NCBI GenBank assembly: GCA_964247055.1
Contig: OZ176053.1
Location: 2,418,001-2,482,000 of the forward strand
DNA: 64,000 bases
Direction: 5' to 3'
From: Paragordius varius
Lineage: Eukaryota; Animalia; Nematomorpha
A program made the position numbers and the translations under genes. This document shows, in pieces, positions 49,046-62,000 of the stretch; position 1 is the stretch's first letter, and the number at the start of each line of letters is the position of its first letter. Under the pieces are notes generated by a model, which did not search any database, was not told the origin of the DNA, and worked only from the letters and a program-made list of their open reading frames with translations.

Positions 49046-50127
49046 ATACTTACCCGAACATGGGTCAGTGTGTTGTATCCAAGTGTTAATATTCATATGT
49101 GCCCGTACGAAATTTTCTCCGAAAAAAGTAATTCGCAGGAAAAGTGGTTACACCAGCACATAAATATTTTTACCAAATTTTATATCATTAGGCTGCCACA
49201 CCTTCTTTAGAGAATAAACCAGTATCACTCACTAAAAATTTTAAAGGCTAGCAAAAAAATTTCACACCTCCATAAGACACTTACTTTTTTACGCAAAATA
49301 TATGGATATCTTTTTATAACTATACAAAGCCACACAAGATAATTGTGGTCGCGACTAAGTACCATGAGAACCAACTCAAAAACTTTTAAAATACCTTTAC
49401 CGACATAAAAAATACTTAAATATTGTGATTATACTAAAAAAATAGATAGCCTTATATTTTCGGGTACTTTACATTGAAATTAAAGTCACACCGAGTTAAC
49501 CGTAAAAATTTTATATTGTGCTAAAAAACATATAATAAATGGATAATTTATTGATAAATAGATATAATATAAAAAATTATCATGCAAATGCCAATACCAC
49601 ATACCTAAAAAAATAAAATATATTTAGTAATGATATAAATATATAAAAATCAGGGTAACTATGACAATACTCATTATTTTCATATTAAAATATTTCATCA
49701 TTTTTAATTAAATAATACCTAAAATGTCCGGAATAAAATAATATTAAGTCAGAATAGTACGTTCATCATGTTCAGACCGCCCGTACAATTTTCATCACAA
49801 AGTAAAAATGTGTTTCGTTTGTTTATTCAATTTTTAATTCAAAAAATATACTTCTATCCAGGCTCAAGGATACTTTTTAAATTTGTGTGAATATTATTTA
49901 AATTAAAATAAAATTTTACAGTTTCCACATAATAATTGGTTATTAAATTTTTATTTTCTAATGTCACTTTGATTCTTTTGATTAAGGCCTTACTAGATAT
50001 TAACAAACAATTCAGAGTTTATATAAATTGAAAAATTTGTTCACAAATTCCTTGGTAGGGGGCAAAATATTGATTTTATAAAATAATAATAGTTCATTAC
50101 ATTTTTTTGAGGCACATTCTAGCTTAA

Positions 50128-50683
50128 GACTTTGATTCAATTTGGGGTACCAAAATATCTCCAAACTAAATTCGAGTTAAGATAATTAATTAAAAACTAC
50201 TGAAGAAAACGCTCTCATAATTTTTGTTTCTATCTTTATAAAAATATAAATATGCCAAAATATCTAAATGAAATTATGTTTTTTAAAAAAAAATTAATGT
50301 CAAACTACTTTGCCGCCATTTTTATTTTCCAAAATTTTTGCAAATTATCGTCTTCATTTAATTTTAAGGGTAGAATTAAAGCTAATTTTTTATTTAAATT
50401 ATATCTAACATTGATAGAAACAGAAAAATCGGTTTGTTTTGTATTATTTTTCAATTTTATTATTGCACACATGTCACGTGAACTAAACTTTTTTTAGGTT
50501 TTAACTTAAAAAAGTATTTTTTAATAAATTTTTTTATATATTTCGGTTTATTAATGTCAAAATTTTTTGCCATGGTTTCGATTCCTCCCATATTTTTTAA
50601 TGATTTTAATTTAAACAGGCCTGGGGTATTTAACTACCCAAATTTGAATCGAAGGACTAAAATGAATGTGTTGTATCCAAGTG
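50128..50683 (-). mobile_element. piggyBac-like MITE (family D), inverted
   Basis: TTAA flanks at 50124-50127 and 50684-50687; both ends and body recognisable. Confidence 0.8.
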
Positions 50684-51216
50684 TTAATACCTACGCATAT
50701 ATTGATAGCTACTCTTTAAACTTTTATATAAATTATCAAATATTGTTTTGTTATGCTAAATATGAAGCTTACTATCTAACTTATATACTATGGGGTGGTG
50801 AGAAATCTGAAATATTATAGTGCATTAGATTTTGGGTATGGCGAATAAAGAAAATCATTTTTACTATTATGATAGCTGTTTTAGACCCCAAAATTTCTAC
50901 CTATTAACTAATTATATTTTTTTTAGTGAAATCTAAAATATTCGTTCTTAATACAATTATCTTAAATTTTAGAGGTGGGCGTTGAAATTCTCAAGTTATG
51001 CATAAAGGTATATCAGCTCTTAAAATAAAGGGGAGAAAATATTTGGATAAATGATATATGCTAAACCAAGGGGAAAATTTCGGAAAACATATGTATTTTT
51101 AAATTATAGAAATATTTTTGTAAAGCGAATCTGGTATGAAGCAAGGTAAAAACAGTATAAAAGCACTTTCAAACATTCCACCACATCCTAAATCAGTAGC
51201 TAAAACAAATAACCTG

Positions 51217-51252
<36 letters not shown>

Positions 51253-51484
51253 TGAGAGAAATATGTTTCAGGATTATAATGCTTTTGGTTTTAGCCCTTA
51301 CGTATGAGAGATGAATATATCTTTTGTATAAGTGTTCTGCATCAGAAAATTCCAAAATTTGCCCACATTCTTTAAAAAAAATTTTCGCGAAAGCTTTAAG
51401 CAAAGCAATGATTTTAAGAAATTTAATTTTAGACGTAGGCTCCAAAAGTTCTTTATTTTCAGTCTTCTAAAAAAGCTATGTTAA

Positions 51485-51984
51485 CACTTGAATAAAACAC
51501 ATTCACATCCCTCCTTCGTAAATTGGGGTAGTTGGATAACCCCGGACTGTTCATTTAATATTTAGAAACCATGGAAGGAATTAAAATTAGAGCAAATCAC
51601 ACATATAGCATTAATGAACTTAAATATAAAAATAATCATTAAATCTTGATATTACTATATTAAGTACCCATAGGAAAAATTTAGACTTGAGTGCATTATC
51701 TAAACTTAATAATATTGGAAAACTATTTGTATTTCTATCAATGTTAAATGTGAAAATAAAAAATTAGCTTGAAATGTAGCTTTAAAAATTAAACTCAATA
51801 TTTTGCAAAAAATGGCCTCAAGGTTTGATATGGAATTTTTTTCAAAGCAAATTTTTAGACGTTTCAGCTATTTATATATTATTAGGAGAAGAGTAAATAT
51901 GAAATTGGGACCGTTTCGTTTAGTAGTTTTTAAAATATATCAGTTTAAATATAGTCTATAAGGATCCAATTATAAATCAAAGAG
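51485..51984 (+). mobile_element. piggyBac-like MITE (family D), diverged
   Basis: TTAA|CACTTGAATAAAACAC..AAATTGGGGTAGTTGGATA..; degenerate right end followed by TTAA. Confidence 0.65.
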
Positions 51985-53891
51985 TTAAAATTAAGGCCTA
52001 GATTTCACGGTAAAAATTTTAAATATGACATTTAAAAATTATTTAAAATGCATATAAAAATTTAATTTTTAACAAAATTTGAAGCGTCTTCATACTATTT
52101 TGGTATGATGGAAAATATATAAAAACGGTTTTAGGTATTAACGCGTTTAAGTTATATGAAAACACTTTATCTTTATAATGTGAAGATGCTGAACATTTCT
52201 ATCCCTTCGAATTTTTAAATTAAAGATTCGGCTTCGTTGAATTTTTGTAGAAAAAGACAATTAACATATATTTGATGAAACAATAAATTTAATCACATTA
52301 AATCATATAAAAAAGTGTTTTAATATCGAAAAGCGTTTTAATACCGAAATACTTTAAATATGCTTCAGCAAAATTTTGCAAATATTAAATTTTTGCCTCC
52401 ATTTATAATAAATTTGGAACGATGTTAAAATTAAGCATATTTTAAAACTTTTTAGCGCAAATTTTTCCGTTACTTTTGATAAAACTAGCGCCCATAGAAA
52501 AGAAAAATTTGGGACTTTCGGAGCCCTCATCAAATTTTTTTATAATTGTAGTTTGGCAGTTTATGATAATATTTACTGATATTTTTTGGAATGAAGCATG
52601 TCACGTTCAAAAAATTGATTTAAAAATTTGCGCAAATTCACCATTTTTTGACACTGAGGAATTATCACAAAAGTGCTAACAACTTACTTGTATTCCTAAG
52701 GCCCGCGAAAAGCATCATGATAATTCTGTTACATTTCTTATTATTATACATATTTGAACTTGTTTTTTTCAGACACTGCATTATAAATTCGATAATTATG
52801 ACCATTTTCAACAGTTTAGAATTTTAATTTTATTTTCTTGATCCTAAATTTTAGGTGAATTCATGAAAAATTTATACTTTACTTAAGCAATTTGAAACAA
52901 ACTACTGATATAATAATTACGAAAATTCAGCCTAATCGATTTTTATAGAAAAGCTTTATATCTTTAGATTATAACGTTTTCATCATGCTTAAAATGGTAT
53001 ATAGCTTAAACAAAAGTTTGTTAAGATCATTTTTTTGAAGCAAGTATGGATTTTTAATTCCGCCTTATGGGGTAGTTTCATATCCTAAAACTCTCACAAA
53101 TATTTAAACAAGCATTTAAAGTATTAACACAAATATAAAAATGGACTTTCATTAGCCCTTTAAGCGCAATATACAAAAAATATCTTTTAAAAAATTTAAA
53201 AGAATGCTTATATCAAACTTTTTTGCCGCCATTTTTTGTTATTTTTTTATATCGCCAATGCAACAGGCAAATATTCTAATATAATGGAATGTAGATAATT
53301 TCCTTTAGTAACTTTTCACGCTTTATTTTACCAGCAAAAATTTGATATATTTTAATTATTAGATGATCGCTTTAATCATGCTTAGTTGTCCCAGTTTTAT
53401 GAGACATAAAATTTAAAATATTAACTATTTTCATTTTAACTAAAATAACCCTTAAACAGTAGTTTACATTGAGCTCTGGGATATAAAACTACCCAAAATG
53501 CCGTGGATATAAAAGTAAAACGTCATTACATATAAATAGGATATTTAATGTTATCTGGCATATATATATAAGGTTTTTCACGGCGAATATTAGTATAATT
53601 GCGTTTATTCAGTTCCGTACAATGTCATTCTATTGTACGCGATGACATTTTGTCGTAGTTTTCCATCGCATAGCTTAAAGCAGTAAACAAATTACTATTC
53701 TAAATTGTTTTGTAAGAAGTCATAGTATTAATTTATATGTGTAATAATTTTATAACCATGATCGTCTAAAGTTTTTATAATTAACGTTTTAAGGCGCATT
53801 TTTATAGAATAATTCAGAAGCTTATAGGATCGAAAATTTTACATTTATCGTATGTTTCCGAGTGTGAATTAACTGCCATATGTTTGTGTAA

Positions 53892-56800
53892 ATGGGTTTT
53901 AAAAAATATTGCTGTCATTGCGGGCCCTTTAAACCTAGATACCAGAGGTTGGTTGATAATATATTTCCTTCTGATCCAAATGATGGATTAGTCCGAAGCA
54001 ACATGGAAAAATTAACCTTTTTCGCTTTATCATCGCCTGAAAAACTAGATCGTATAGGAGAATATTTGGCTAAGAAGTATTCGAAATGACTTTTTTTTAA
54101 TGTTTGTTTATTTTTTGTAGAAAACTTTATAATGACACATATAATTTTTTCCCGTTTTAACAATTTTTTCTGATTTTTTAAACTTCATTTCTCTATATTT
54201 TACAGCACCTCAAAGTTCTTAATGTACTTCGAAAGAATATTTTTTTAAATTTTATCTCTAGGTTAACAAGAGATATTGCTCGCCGTAGATATGGAAGAAT
54301 ATTTATTGCAATGGATGCCTTAGATCAATTGTTAGTGGCTTGTCATGCACAAACGCTAAATGTTTTCGTTGAAAGTTTCTTGAAAATGGTACAAAAACTG
54401 CTCGAATGTGATGAACCTGATCTTAATATATTAGCTACCAATTCATTTGTAAAATTCTCAAACATTGAGGAGGATGCACCCTCGTATCACAGAAGGTACT
54501 CCTCTTGAAATGTCAAACAATATTTTATTAATAGGAAATATTCCATAAATTTTAGTTGCCAATAATTGAAACATTATAATAGATTAATTCACGTATTAAA
54601 TTTATTTTTTGCCGTTCTTATGACGATCCAGTGTCCAAAATTAATTATATAATATCAATTTATATATATATATATATATATAAAATTGGGTGTATTATCA
54701 ATTTACATCTTTAATCCCCATTTAACAGGTCAAGACAATATATTATTTTTGTAAAAAAATCCATAGATATTAATAATGTTTCGATAATATGTATTTTAGT
54801 TTTGTCTGTAAATTATTCTTTATATTTTGCAGATATGACTTTTTCATCAGCAAATTTGCTTCAATGTGCCATAGTAATATACCTGACCTCAGAGCACGCT
54901 CTAAAATACGGAAGTCTGGTTTAAAGGGAATCCACGCAGTTATTAGAAAAACTGTCAGCGATGATTTACAGGTCTGATATGAATAAAGATAAAACGTAAA
55001 GAAGGAGAAATAATTTTGCTAAACTATGACTACCGTCTTATTTTCAAACCTAAATTTTTTTCACTATAACATTTATCTCATTAAAAATGGGAAATATATG
55101 ATAAGATGTGTTATTAATTTACAATTTGTTATATTGCTATCCGAAACGATAGATATTCAAAAAATAAAGGTTGTTTATGAGCCATAATCAAAAATACTTA
55201 TTCATTTCATAATATTAATCGAATACATTTGTTTAGTATATGTTGAGTAATAAATTTTTATTCCTCAAAAGATGATACATTCAAATATAATATATATTTT
55301 GAAAAAAAAAATTTATTAATATATTTTGTATGCTATTATTTTATCGATAACATCAATTTTATTCCCGATTTTTTGCTTATTTTTAAAAATTATTTTAAAA
55401 CTATGCCCATATTAGCCCAATTATTTGATTTGATTTTTTTTCAATCTTATTATAATTTACAGTGTCGTTTTTAAATCTTATAGGTTAATATCTATGAACC
55501 GGAACATATGAAAAAAATTATTCCATCCATCCTGTATAATATGCACGATCCTGATCTAATAAAATCCCCAGTGCATTCTGATACTACGAAGGGTCAAGAA
55601 TTTAATACTAATTCCCACGATAAACTAATCAGTGCAAGGAATGGTATATCTAATTTAAGCAATAGTGAATTAGATACTAGTCAAACAACTAAGGACACCC
55701 GCTTGTTGTGTAATTAATTTTATATGATTTTTAACATTTGAGGCTAGATAAGGGATTGAATGATTTTTTTTAATAGAAATATGGGTTTAATTGGAAAAAT
55801 TGAAATATTTAGCTGTTTTAGATGACAATTTTTATACTTTATTATATATTAAAGTACAACAATATTATGTTTTATCACAATACGCTTAAAATATATTTAG
55901 CGTAAATTTGTGAAAATTTTTTAAAATAATGGTTTATGGATGGACTTTCTATAGATTTTATAAGCTGAAGTGTTTATGCGATATTTAAATTATATGTTGT
56001 GCCAAGTTGCCTAAATAATCATAAAATTATGTGATTCAAACTAAAATTATGTAGCATTTGTGTTAATTAAGATCTGGTTTTCTTAAAACTCTTTTAAACT
56101 TCAAATAGTTATAAATATAACTTAACCGCATATAAAATTTTTCTTTTCTTAAAAACTTGACAAAATTTGGAAAACTAACCATTATAATTAATTAAGCCAA
56201 ATATATAAATTTTTCGACGATCTTAATCCAATTTTTCAATTATGTTTTCAGTTCTACCCATTATAATGATATTCTTTTGCAAACTTTTTTGACTTTTCAA
56301 CATTTTCCCACCACACGTATGTACAAACTCATAAATTTACTTTTATTTCGGGTGGTTATTCAATTTCAATGATTCGAATGTTACCCCCGTATTTTTAGTA
56401 TTCTTTGTTAAATTTGGATTGGGGCAGGTCTGTCTATATTTCGTTTTTTGGGTAAGTTAGGATTAGCCTTTTTATGATAAAACACTACCACACTAAACGT
56501 CCTTTTAATTCAGTCACTATAATCTAATTTTAAAATATACGCCAAAAATTTTACTATTTTTTAAAATAAATTTTACATTTCTAACATTGTTTTTGGAACC
56601 GCAACCGTGTTTCGATTTAATAAAGATTTTTTGTTTCTTATTGTATGGTTTCATTCTTTTAAAGTCAATTGGTTCTAATTCTGAACTTTAAAATTATGAT
56701 ATAGCATATTATTACCATACAATTTAAAATGTTAGACAATTATAAACTATAAAATTTGATGCTTTATTTTTCTGAAAAAGTAAAAAACATGATACTCTAA

Positions 56801-58408
56801 TTAAATGCAAAAAAGTAAAAATGTTTGTAACAAAAAATTTTTAATATTGGACGATAAATTTTAAAATATTTAAAAAAAATCAGTTTAGGTTGGTTTTTTT
56901 GTTCTAAAATGCTTTCAAAAAAGCGAATGTAGTTCCGGTTTTAATTTATTTTTCCATCTTTATGTTCAATGTATGCATTAATTAACGAAAATAAGTATAC
57001 ATTTTTATTAAACTTTGTGAATAATCCGCGATATATGGAATGAGCTTTTATGAAAGAGGGATGGATATTTGATCCAAAAATTTGTTTTTTAACTATAATT
57101 GGAGCACTTAGAAATTTATATATTTCTTTTTTATCTATAATGAGTTTCATATATTTTCAAATATGCCTTAAAATAATTTTTATCATAAACTACACTTTTT
57201 TATGGGATAAGAACCTTTTTTTAACATAAAAAGGCAATGAAATCTAAGTATATCAAGTAATATCACCGCCATCTCTATATTGGTTTAAATTTTCATAAAT
57301 ATATCTTAACAGTAATTTTTACACTCGTTTAACCAATTATTCCAATACTAATTTTTTATGTTTTAAAGATCCATATATATATATATTATATTATATTTAG
57401 CACCTATTAAAGATGTAAAGGAATCAGGTTTGCTTCGAGAAAAACAAAAATTATTGGATTTTAATCACACCAACACTCACAATGGTGGTGGCCATCGAAT
57501 GCATAGAAAAGAAAAAATTTCTGACCTGGCTGAAACTTGTTTAAGGGAGCTCATATCTAAAGCTTCATTTGCCACATTAAAAGTTTGTTTTGTGATTAAT
57601 TATTTTGTTTTAAATGTTATTAAATGCTGTTAGTTTGATTTTTTAAGCTGTTTTTTATAAATTTATATATATTTGTATATATATATATATATATATATTA
57701 CCATATAAGTAATAAATTGGGTCATTATTTAGTTGTACATTGCTTTAATTATATTAATGCATATATAGTAATTTTTTAAACACTACGTAAAAGATAAATT
57801 TTTAATTAAAAAGACAACCATACCTTTTTTAAACCGTTATATTTCGAGGGTAATATATTGTTTTGGTTCACATAATAAAGAAAATCAATTTGGTAAACTA
57901 TAATTATGTCTTCGTTATCGTATAAAGGTTATATGAAAAACTAAGAGTAGAAAAATAAGGTGTTCTTTATATGTAATGAATTTTTCTTTGAGTGTTTTAA
58001 ACGTTCTGTCTGCTTTTTATATATTTAAATTACTGTATTATTTATAAGAATAAGAGATAATATAAAAGTTACAGTAAGCAAATGTTGGTCAATTCACATT
58101 ATGGTATAATATTAAACACTTATTTTGGCCATAATAATTAGTTAAAAATTTAATGTTGTAAGGTAAGATAGGGAAAAATTGGAATTTTAATCCGATTCTT
58201 GCTTTTTCCAAAATTGGCCCATGTTTAATTTGCTATTATAGAGTGTTTTACAACCGTTAATGGAACATTTTGATTACCATAAGCTTTGGAGTGCATATCC
58301 TTCCGATAGTTTTGTCACATATGTCCTTCAACTCATAATGTATTGTGTTAAACCACAATACACGCATCTCGTCATTGATATGTTACTTATGCACCTCAAT
58401 GAACACGA
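53892..58408 (+). CDS. EFR3: EFR3 homolog (PI4KA-complex membrane anchor), first 6 exons only; no further exon before the duplication junction
   Basis: Exons 53892-54076 (MGFKKYCCHC..PRYQRLVDNIFP..EKLDRIGEYL), 54262-54495 (AMDALDQLL..FVKFSNIEED.PSYHR), 54833-54971, 55484-55643, 57401-57582, 58242-58408 (HKLW..IMYCVKPQYTHLVI). These match the EFR3 N-terminal third, including the Cys palmitoylation cluster. Confidence 0.93.
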
Positions 58409-58868
58409 GTAAGTATAAAAATGTTTTAAGTTTTTATAGTTTTTGATGAATATTTTTGTATTTTTTATTATCAGGAAAAAAAACAATATAACGATAGCTA
58501 AATTTAGGAATGAAAACGAAACTAGAACTCAAAAAGTTTATTGAATATTTTTTTTCCAATAAACGATTTTGTGGCAATTTTTTTTCAATTTAGCTATAAT
58601 GACATTATTACGCTTTTACAAACAATTTTTCGATCATTGTTTACCTTAAAATAATGATTAAAAATTTGATTTGAACCCTTTAAACCATAATTTTTGATAT
58701 AGGTTACTTTTTTAAGTTAGCGATATTAATATTTTAAAAAAAATGTGTTAGTTATATCATATTCACAAATTAAGTCACATATTTGACAATAACCTTATAC
58801 GCTTTATATTTATCCCTAATGTAAATCAGAAAAGTTTTTTGTCAAAGTTTTAATTTTTAACTAATATA

Positions 58869-59068
58869 TACCATTTACAATTCAAATTCACCCTTGAACA
58901 ATTTATCGGGCCAATATAACTTATCATTAATATGAAATATATCTTAATGGCATATTATTTTTTCAGTATTATTTTAATTTTAAACAAAATTTTATTTTTT
59001 ATTAAAAATAATAAGTAGTTTTTAATCTTAAAAAACATTTAATTTATTTTAGGGTGAATTTGAATTGT
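58869..59068. mobile_element. Foldback-like MITE (family A), right arm truncated at the duplication junction
   Basis: Intact left end TACCATTTACAATTCAAATTCACCCTTGAACAA. The right arm has only one AGGGTGAATTTGAATTGT unit and lacks the terminal AAATGGTA. Confidence 0.85.
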
Positions 59069-62000
59069 CAGAGGTATTTAAATTTTGTCCACTTTGGTAG
59101 CTTAATGATTGTGCTAGGAGTCTACCATTTTTAGCAATGGAATGCGGAGCAAAGATGAAACAATTACCAAGCATAGTATTGACATTTTCATTGCTGAAAT
59201 TATCATTATTAGTCTCAAAATCTGATGAATATAAATCATGCCAGCCATCTGAAATGGGAAGTTTCAATTGACTAATGTCACTTGATTTAACTCGTTCGTT
59301 TGGGGTTGGATGCATGAGCCGACCTTTTTTACTTCCTGAACGTGTCAAAATTACATTTTTATGCCTTAATTTAACACCATCCATTCCATATTTAATGCTA
59401 GGTTGTTTAATACCTCCTCTAAAAGAAAACATGCGTTTACTGCCTAAACCGGCCAATTTTTTATGTGGGATGTTAGCATTAGTTTTCTTATCATTCATGT
59501 TAGACGTCGTATTTATCATATTCATATTATTGTTGCGGTTTGATTTCAAGACAGAAATTTTGACCGGATTATTGAATGGATATAAAGTACGGTTTTGTGG
59601 CTGAGAATGTTTGAGCAATCGTATATTCAGTAAAACATAATTATTTTCCCTCAATATTGACAATATTTGCATCGCGTGCTGTGTTTGCACCGACGTGCTA
59701 TACAGTGCAGTTATTTCAAATTGATTTATGAGATTTTTGGTGAAATGCAAAAATTTTGTAATTTGCTCCTTGTAAAAGTTAATTTTGCTTCGCATTTCTG
59801 TTGAAAGGAATAATGGGATATTGTTTAAGCCCGGGTTCTTTAATGATTTTGTATACGAAAACAGTTGAGAACATTGGTAATTGTTGAACCCAATCAAAAT
59901 TTTAATGATACGTAGTATGGGCAATTTGTTCTATAAACACATAATATATATATTTGATTGTATAAATATCTTTTGATAATATTATTTCTGATAAAAAAGG
60001 GAATTACGTAAATTATCATATAAACAGTTAATTTCCCTTTAAAACCAATCCAACTTAGCGATGATTTCCATATTTACTAAAAGTTATAATTTCCAAGCAT
60101 TGTTAAAATGAAACCGAAATAAAGTATTGTATACCGTGTCAATAGGTCCTAAATAAGGTCCAATTTTTTCAATAAAATTCCATTCTGTTTGCAAGCATTC
60201 AATTTGATCCCATAGGCCATTAGTTTGATACGATAATTCAATAGCTTGCTCCAAATATTCGACATACAGATCAAACATTAACCATAAATCATGATTGAAA
60301 TGGTTGAGTTGAAGGTTAACGCTAGTATTTTTCTCGTATATTTTCTAATATAACATGTAAAGAAAAAATAAATAGCATCGATAAATAACTAATAGAATAG
60401 ATTATGAATATCAAGAATCAAATTTTTTAGTCCCGTTTTCTGAACTAATGTCATTAATAAAATAATTTTTACCTATGGATGTGAAATCATATAAAAAAAT
60501 GTCATATTTCCGCACAAAAACCGTTAGAATTGTAATCACAATATTTTTTATTTCCAAAAAAGAGAACGATCAATTTTTGCAGGGCACAAAGAGAAGGCGT
60601 CAGTGAAAAGTACGTACGCAGACGATTAATTTGTGGATAAGCCATTTTGATAATCTCATTCAAACAAACGATCGTTGGATTCGGTCAAAATCGTCTGCCT
60701 TTTGGATATGAGAAGAACACACCAAAACCATCAAATACATTTTATATTTATACTTAAGGGATATGGATGATTCTTTATTTGTAAAGAGTGCAATCTAAAG
60801 AAGCTTATTACCTTGATGAAGTTTGACGATACTCGGAAATGAATTTTTTTTTAATAAAAGTTGAGTCACTTGCAAAACTTCAGTTGTTTAGGGGAAAAAT
60901 ACCTATGCCACAGGAAAATCAAAGATAAGTACCTTTTTATACTAAATTATATTTTTAATAATCTTTTAACCATATATTCTTATAAAAATTTTATTTGGGT
61001 TATCGTCTGCTCGGATAAATTATTATTGTTTTTTGTCGTTAACGTTTCATTTAATTAAAACTACTGTCGTTTATCAACAACTCAATTATTATCAAACCTC
61101 TGTTCCAAAAATCAAACTATAATGTCCTTTCCAAAGCGTATGTTATGTACGGTATTTTTTTTTAATTCTTTTTTATAAACAAATTACAACTTATGGTAAA
61201 AAATTAAATCATAATAATATTTATATACATATATAAATACAAACATTTGCAATCATAAAAAGTTTACTAGAAAAAGTTATAAAAGTTTTTTCCCAATACT
61301 TATATAGTTCACGGTACTCTGACAATTGGTTCACCAATTGTACGAAGGGGTATACCCCGTGCTATTGTCATTGCCATTCAAACAAACACACACAAGCTTA
61401 GCCGTTACAAGGTAACGGGCTGATTTAGTAATCACGTCAAATTTTGTACCTGAAACAGAAAATTGAGGCACGTGCTTTTCTTTTTCCATCAAAAAAAATA
61501 CGTTTAGATCTATTACTAGTAGAATCATGCGAACATCGTCCATTAAAACTGTCAAATATTGTTTCAAAATATTAGTTGTAATTTCAATATATAAGAAAAT
61601 GTGTAGACAACCCAACTGCAAAAATAACAAAGTGCAAAAGTTATTGGATGATATTTCAAAATCTTTCTTGACAGAATCATTATGCGTTTATTACAAAAAA
61701 TTAATCAGTAGGCGGCTATAAACAATGGGAAAGACCATTCTTAGTAAATGGGTCACACAGAATTCGAATGGTAATATCGAAAATCGCAAAGTTGCAATCC
61801 TGCTTCAACGTCAAAAGGAAAACATTTTACCGAGTTGTGAGGGGTGAAAAGATGTGATTTGTTTTGTAAATCCAAGGAAAAAAATCGTGGCTCTTGCCAA
61901 GCTCGTCCATAGACGCCAAAGCCAAATCATTGGGGCATGACCATGCTCTGTGGTAGTAGTATCAGAGCGGTATGGTAACATGAAATTTTGAAACCCGGTA

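Noticed and set aside
52411-52440. AATTTGGAACGAT resembling U6 snRNA
   Set aside because: No ACAGAGA box or rest of U6; chance match.
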